A stretch of DNA of 64,000 nucleotides from Candidatus Omnitrophota bacterium (GTDB lineage: Bacteria > Omnitrophota > Omnitrophia > Omnitrophales > Aquincolibacteriaceae). The stretch covers positions 103,430 through 167,429 of the forward strand of contig CAIOAT010000013.1 of the NCBI GenBank assembly GCA_903856085.1, in the 5' to 3' direction. Below, one piece after another: positions 59,422 to 64,000 of this stretch. The translations under genes and the position numbers were made by a program. The notes below the pieces were generated by a model. It was not told the DNA's origin, ran no database searches, and was given only the letters and a program-made list of their open reading frames with translations. Numbering within the stretch: the first letter of the stretch is position 1; every line of letters starts with the position of its first letter.

Positions 59422-59450
59422 ATTCTAAACAAAATGCGAGAGATTGTAAA
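59422..59450 (-). promoter_or_regulatory. Putative sigma70 promoter for topA
   Basis: TTTACA-17nt-TAGAAT on the minus strand. Confidence 0.55.
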
Positions 59451-59618
59451 CGGCAAGTTTATCGGACGCTTGCAACCCGTTTGTTAAAAACGAGTTAGGA
59501 GAATCGCAGAAGCGATTGGTTTTTACCCACCCTCTCTTAGTGCACTGGCGGAAACCCTTACGTCATTCGCTAGAAGCAGTGGACTTCTAAGGGTGACCCT
59601 TGAAAAAATCTCCGCGGC

Positions 59619-60014
59619 TCAAGAGATCTGCTCCCAAGGATCGTCTTTGGGCTTAGCGTTAGCCGAAGGGGTCTTCTTTGAGTTTCCATTGGAAAGCTTA
59701 TAAAGGGACTCGAGCTCCATGATCTGGGAGTCGCGCATCGCTTCTTTTTCAACGCGGCGAACCAAACGCTTGAGCGCCCCGATACGAATGCCAAGTTTCT
59801 CAATACAAAGCGTGGTCAGAAGCCGCGCCAGGATATTCACATGCACCTCAAGGCCCGTCAGACGATCGTCCGCCCGTTCCCCACCCTCTGCGACCTTGCC
59901 CATTTCATTTTTGAGGTCCGCGATCTTCGCATAAAAGGAAAGAACCTCTTTGAGGCTCCCCCCTGTTCTTTTTCCGGAAGGCTTTTGTTTTTTCGAACGT
60001 TTTCGCTTCGCCAT
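59619..60014 (-). CDS. Hypothetical protein (basic N-terminus, helical)
   Basis: 131-aa ORF with GAGG SD; no recognised motif. Confidence 0.7.
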   Translation of the reverse strand: MAKRKRSKKQKPSGKRTGGSLKEVLSFYAKIADLKNEMGKVAEGGERADDRLTGLEVHVNILARLLTTLCIEKLGIRIGALKRLVRRVEKEAMRDSQIMELESLYKLSNGNSKKTPSANAKPKDDPWEQIS

Positions 60015-60067
60015 AAATCCTACCTCACTTAATAAAGGCTAACACATAAAATCGATCGCGCGGAGAA

Positions 60068-60108
60068 ATAAAAAAGGGACAGGCAATCATTGACTGCCTG
60101 TCCCTTTT
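60068..60108 (-). terminator. Rho-independent terminator after the RDD gene (possibly bidirectional)
   Basis: AAAAGGGACAGGCA-loop-TGCCTGTCCCTTTT with T tracts on both strands. Confidence 0.85.
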
Positions 60109-60131
60109 GATTGACCTAATGACGCCGTCAA

Positions 60132-60521
60132 TTAGACTTCAACGACCTGCGTCTTGGCCCAACTGTCCGCGAGGCGATGTCCCTTAACAATCAGCATCAC
60201 GATCTCAACGATATACCCGACCACAAGCACGAACGGAATGATCAGCAGAATGTTCCGAATCAAAGCCTGCAACCACGTGACTTTCTCCCCTGTGAGGCTG
60301 ACGATCTTGATCTTGACCATCGCTCGTCCCGGAGAAAAGACCGCATCACGAAATACCAACCAAATGATATTGACGATCACAAGCACGATGCTGCGCACCA
60401 TGTCCGGAGCCGCCAAAAGAACCAGACCGATCACGATCCCGAGAACAATGGGAATAACGACCAGATCGATCAAGCCTGCCGCGAACCTCTTTCCCTTACT
60501 TGCTGGAACCAATCCTTCCAT
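60132..60521 (-). CDS. RDD family membrane protein
   Basis: ASKGKRFAAGLID, SPGRAMVKIKIV, ALIRN, RLADSWAKTQVV; AGGAG SD. Confidence 0.9.
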   Translation of the reverse strand: MEGLVPASKGKRFAAGLIDLVVIPIVLGIVIGLVLLAAPDMVRSIVLVIVNIIWLVFRDAVFSPGRAMVKIKIVSLTGEKVTWLQALIRNILLIIPFVLVVGYIVEIVMLIVKGHRLADSWAKTQVVEV

Positions 60522-60579
60522 CTTTGACTCCTTTCGTTTTAAGAACTTTTCTCTTAACAAGACATGGTTTTCATATGAA

Positions 60580-60608
60580 ACTCTATAGAGGAAACACCCG
60601 CCTGTCAA
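60580..60608 (-). promoter_or_regulatory. Putative sigma70 promoter for the RDD gene
   Basis: TTGACA-17nt-TAGAGT on the minus strand. Confidence 0.45.
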
Positions 60609-60659
60609 AACTTTTTATCATGAATCACCCTCATTATAACGGCCTACCTGCGCCGGAGC

Positions 60660-61859
60660 TTAACAGAGCAAGGCATATCTCCCGTCTTGCATCCGCCGAA
60701 CTTTCTTTGCGAGCTCCAATTGAAGCAAGAACACGGGTAATTTCGAGGGTTCAAGACCAGTAAATTCGAGAATCTCATCTTGCGAAAGCGGCCCTTCTTC
60801 TTTCAAAAGCTCTCCTATAATGCTGTTTTCCTCGATAGGAAGATCAACTCCGGAGACTTTTTTGACACAAAAAGATTCCAACCCCCTTTCCCCAGTGGAT
60901 GCCTCTGGAGATACCCGAAGCACATCGTCCTGCAATTCCAAAGGGCTCGATTGTTCGCCGGCAGTCGACTCAAATTTATTCTCCCATTTCAGCCGATCCG
61001 CAAGAACAAGCAGGATATCTTCGGGAGTTTCTACAAGACACGCACCTTCTTTGATGAGTTGATTCGTACCGCGCGAGGTCAGTTGATCCACCGGCCCGGG
61101 AAGCGCAAAAACCTCTCGCCCCTGCTCAACTGCCTGATGTGCTGTGATGAGAGATCCGCTTCGAGAGTGGGCCTCGACCACGAACGTGGCATAGGAGAGT
61201 CCCGAAAGGATCCGGTTACGGCGCGGGAAATTCTCCGGCAACGGCGGCGTTCCCAAGGGATATTCGCTCAAGACCACACACCGCTCCGCAACCCTCTTGA
61301 AAAGCCCCTCATGTTCCTTGGGATAGATCACATCAAGCCCGCACCCCATCACCGCGATCGTGCGACCGTAAGGAACATAAAGCGCACCATCATGCGCAAC
61401 ATGGTCGATCCCGCGCGCCAATCCAGAAACGATCGTGAGCCCTCTTGCGGCCAACTCCTGGGCAAAGCGTTTCGCTTGCGTCCGCCCATAAAAACTTGGA
61501 TGCCGCGTTCCTACGATGGCAATAGCATTCCGGTCATTCTCGAGCAAGGTTCCTTTTTTATAAAGAAGAAGCGGCGGGTCTGCGACTTCTTTAAGAATCG
61601 CCGGATAATCCCTGTCGGAGTAGAGCAAAAAATCGATTCCTTTGTGAGCACAGAGCTCCATCTCTTTTTCTGCATTAAAGGGCGGCATGTTTTCTGGAAC
61701 CGGAAGCCCCCTCAGCAGATCCTCGGATTCCATGCTCTCCAAGACTTCCCAAGCACTCTTTCCTTCCGAGAGAAGTGCCACGGCTTTCCGTCTGCCTTCG
61801 ATACGAAGCCGATTCAAGGTTAGGAATGCCCGGATCTCTTCTTGCTCAGCGGACATCAT
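60660..61859 (-). CDS. dprA: DNA processing protein DprA
   Basis: AIVGTR, IVSGLARGID, SEYPLGT, FPRRNRILSGLS, SGSLITA, GTNQLIKEGA. Confidence 0.96.
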   Translation of the reverse strand: MMSAEQEEIRAFLTLNRLRIEGRRKAVALLSEGKSAWEVLESMESEDLLRGLPVPENMPPFNAEKEMELCAHKGIDFLLYSDRDYPAILKEVADPPLLLYKKGTLLENDRNAIAIVGTRHPSFYGRTQAKRFAQELAARGLTIVSGLARGIDHVAHDGALYVPYGRTIAVMGCGLDVIYPKEHEGLFKRVAERCVVLSEYPLGTPPLPENFPRRNRILSGLSYATFVVEAHSRSGSLITAHQAVEQGREVFALPGPVDQLTSRGTNQLIKEGACLVETPEDILLVLADRLKWENKFESTAGEQSSPLELQDDVLRVSPEASTGERGLESFCVKKVSGVDLPIEENSIIGELLKEEGPLSQDEILEFTGLEPSKLPVFLLQLELAKKVRRMQDGRYALLC

Positions 61860-62017
61860 GACTGGAAACCTTTCACCTGCCAAAAAATGAAACGATCTTG
61901 TTTGTTCATAAGGTAAGCTTAAACGAATATTTACTTATAATCAATATTTATTTAATTAAAATAAACTTCCGGGAAAAGGCACATTTTAGAGCTATTGCCT
62001 CGGGAGGAGGAGCGACG

Positions 62018-63115
62018 CTATTTCGCGCCGGCGAGACGAAGAATCTTGCGGACGCTTTCGAGAGGAATATCTTTTTCGAGAGTAACCTTACCAATCTTCC
62101 TCGGTAGAACAAAATGCAGTATCCCTTTGTTTTTCTTCTTATCCGTCATCATGGCTTTCAGGATCGCGACCGTTTTCAGATTGAATTTCTTGATCGAAAC
62201 GGGCAATTTCATAGAAACCAGCAACTTCATCTGACGCCATGGAAGTTCTTGCGAACAAAACCCGAGGTCCGCAGCAAGCTGAGCCGCCATCATCATCCCG
62301 ATCGCGACCGCTTCCCCGTGCACCAGACCCTTATAACTCAGAGCCCCTTCAATCCCGTGCGCGAAAGTATGACCGAAATTAAGGATTGCACGCTCTCCTT
62401 TCGTCTCGAATTCATCACGGCTGACAACCCCGGCCTTGATCTTGGCGCAAGCGAGAACGACTTTCTCGATCGCCCCGAGGTCTTTACGAAGAATTCTTTT
62501 GAAATTCTTCTCCAGAAAATTAAAAAGGGCAGGGTCACCGATCACGCCGTATTTCACAACCTCCCCCATAGAAGCGCAAAGTTCTCTCTGAGGGAGAGAG
62601 CAAAGCACGTTCACATCCGAGAGTACAAGAGCCGGAGGCCAAAAGGCCCCCATCAGATTCTTCCCTTCCTTAAGATCGATCGCGGTCTTCCCCCCGATCG
62701 CACTGTCCACCTGCGCAAGCAAGGTTGTCGCAATATTCACATAGCGGATCCCGCGCAGATAGACCGATGCCGCAAACCCCGAAAGATCGCTCACCACGCC
62801 TCCGCCCACAGCCACGATCCCGTCCCTGCGCTCAAATCCTTTCGCAAGAAGATCGTAGGAAAGCCGGAACAGTTCTGCCCCGGATTTCGCGATCTCACCA
62901 TCCGGAAGTGTATGGGAATAAACTTGAAATCCTTTTTTGGAAAGCGACGCAGCGATCGTTTTCAGGTAGGGTGCGAGTTTCTTCTGAGAAACGATCATGA
63001 GCTTCACACCGGGCTTGAAAATACCAGCGACCAACGCTCCGGTCTTGGACAGCAGCCCCTGTCCCACGCAGATCTTGTAATTCCCCTTCAAGCTTTTTAC
63101 TTGTATTGTTTTCAT
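62018..63115 (-). CDS. aroB: 3-dehydroquinate synthase
   Basis: GGGVVSDLSGF, LLAQVDSAIGGKT, KNLMGAF, LNFGHTFAH, HGEAVAIG, DKK. Confidence 0.97.
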   Translation of the reverse strand: MKTIQVKSLKGNYKICVGQGLLSKTGALVAGIFKPGVKLMIVSQKKLAPYLKTIAASLSKKGFQVYSHTLPDGEIAKSGAELFRLSYDLLAKGFERRDGIVAVGGGVVSDLSGFAASVYLRGIRYVNIATTLLAQVDSAIGGKTAIDLKEGKNLMGAFWPPALVLSDVNVLCSLPQRELCASMGEVVKYGVIGDPALFNFLEKNFKRILRKDLGAIEKVVLACAKIKAGVVSRDEFETKGERAILNFGHTFAHGIEGALSYKGLVHGEAVAIGMMMAAQLAADLGFCSQELPWRQMKLLVSMKLPVSIKKFNLKTVAILKAMMTDKKKNKGILHFVLPRKIGKVTLEKDIPLESVRKILRLAGAK

Positions 63116-63627
63116 GCTCTCGATCTCAACATTTCACGGATTTCACTCGCAACATCATCAGCAATCTTACCGTCTGTCAGCACTGAAAAATGACACGCGT
63201 CCTCATAAAAGACTTGGCGATCCCCTAATATCTGCTGAAGCGCTCCAAAGGGATCGGGTTTATTGAGAAGCGGACGATCCTTCGAGTACCGAACTCTCTG
63301 CCATAAAGATTCCGCGGACGCTTTTAGCAGTACAACCTTTCCGGTCTTTTTCATGCGTCGCACATTCTCGTCCCGAAGCACAATACCTCCGCCCGTCGCA
63401 ATCACTTGCCCGCTTTGCTTTGAAAGATCCTCCAGGACCGACGACTCCACGTCGCGGAAACAGTGTTCACCGGATCCCGAAAAAATCTCGGGGATCGAAC
63501 GCCCCTCTTTCGCCTGGATCTCGGCATCCAGATCCACGAACGCGTAGTCAAGAAGATCCGCCAGGGCTTTTCCGGTCACAGTCTTGCCGGAACCCATCAT
63601 GCCTATCAGATAAACGTTGTTAGACAC
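63112..63627 (-). CDS. aroK: Shikimate kinase
   Basis: LIGMMGSGKT, VDLD, IATGGG, DRPLL. Confidence 0.96.
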   Translation of the reverse strand: MSNNVYLIGMMGSGKTVTGKALADLLDYAFVDLDAEIQAKEGRSIPEIFSGSGEHCFRDVESSVLEDLSKQSGQVIATGGGIVLRDENVRRMKKTGKVVLLKASAESLWQRVRYSKDRPLLNKPDPFGALQQILGDRQVFYEDACHFSVLTDGKIADDVASEIREMLRSRA

Positions 63628-64000
63628 GGGTGTGTTTTAAATAACCTTCGTAATTACGCCGGATCTCCGCCAGGGAATCGCCGCCGAATTTTTCGAGAAA
63701 AGAATCCGCGAGCGTATACGCCACAAGCGCTTCCCCGATGACACTTCCCGCAGGCACCGCGCAGGCATCACTACGCTCGAAATCAGCCTTTTCTACTTTT
63801 TTCGTTTTCATGTTCACCGACGCGAGAGGTCTCGCAAGCGTTGCGATCGGCTTCATCGTAAGACGGGCCACGAGATCCGCCCCGTTCGTCATTCCGCCCT
63901 CAAAACCCCCGGCATGGTTCGTTTTATGGAAATAGCCGCGCGCCTTACCGTAAAAGATCTCGTCATGCGCTTCGGAACCTGGACAACCGGCCAGTTTCAC
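63620..64000 (-). CDS. aroC: Chorismate synthase, 3' part only
   Basis: TNHAGGFEGGMTNG, MKPIATL, ERSDACAVP, EKFGGDS. Confidence 0.95.
   Translation of the reverse strand: MKLAGCPGSEAHDEIFYGKARGYFHKTNHAGGFEGGMTNGADLVARLTMKPIATLARPLASVNMKTKKVEKADFERSDACAVPAGSVIGEALVAYTLADSFLEKFGGDSLAEIRRNYEGYLKHTRV

Noticed and set aside
61890-61975. AT-rich stretch as a replication origin or dif site
   Set aside because: Too short, with no clustered DnaA boxes or convincing dif consensus; likely the dprA upstream region.

Overview
This is a 64-kb bacterial chromosomal window (GC roughly 50-55%) of mostly housekeeping genes from a diderm, LPS-making organism. Gene content and order suggest the PVC group, possibly Ca. 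Omnitrophota; this is inference only. From left to right it holds: a partial thiC with an upstream degenerate AhbA/B (NirDL)-like fusion; a histidine kinase/response regulator pair; MutT; an 11-subunit complex I operon (nuoABCD-I-H-JKLMN, no nuoEFG); RluA; a DEDDh exonuclease; thiSGHF; malic enzyme; a Rho lacking its RNA-binding domain; an ABC-F ATPase; an iron-containing alcohol dehydrogenase; ahcY and metK; a PTS/hpf/lptB block without rpoN, hprK or rapZ; a long Kdo/lipid A/heptose cluster with several fusions; xerC-topA; dprA; and aroB, aroK and a partial aroC. The most striking unexplained signal is a family of roughly 25-30 short hairpin modules. Each is about 41 bp with G[T/C]CC...GG[G/A]C ends, and they are often joined head-to-tail by 1 nt, giving a 42-bp (14-codon) period. 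They fill many intergenic gaps, sit in-frame inside waaA and a ferredoxin-like gene, build the C-terminal tails of KdsB and WaaF, and supply start codons, a stop codon and a -35 box to host genes. No transposase, CRISPR array, tRNA or rRNA was seen. All alignments were done by eye.
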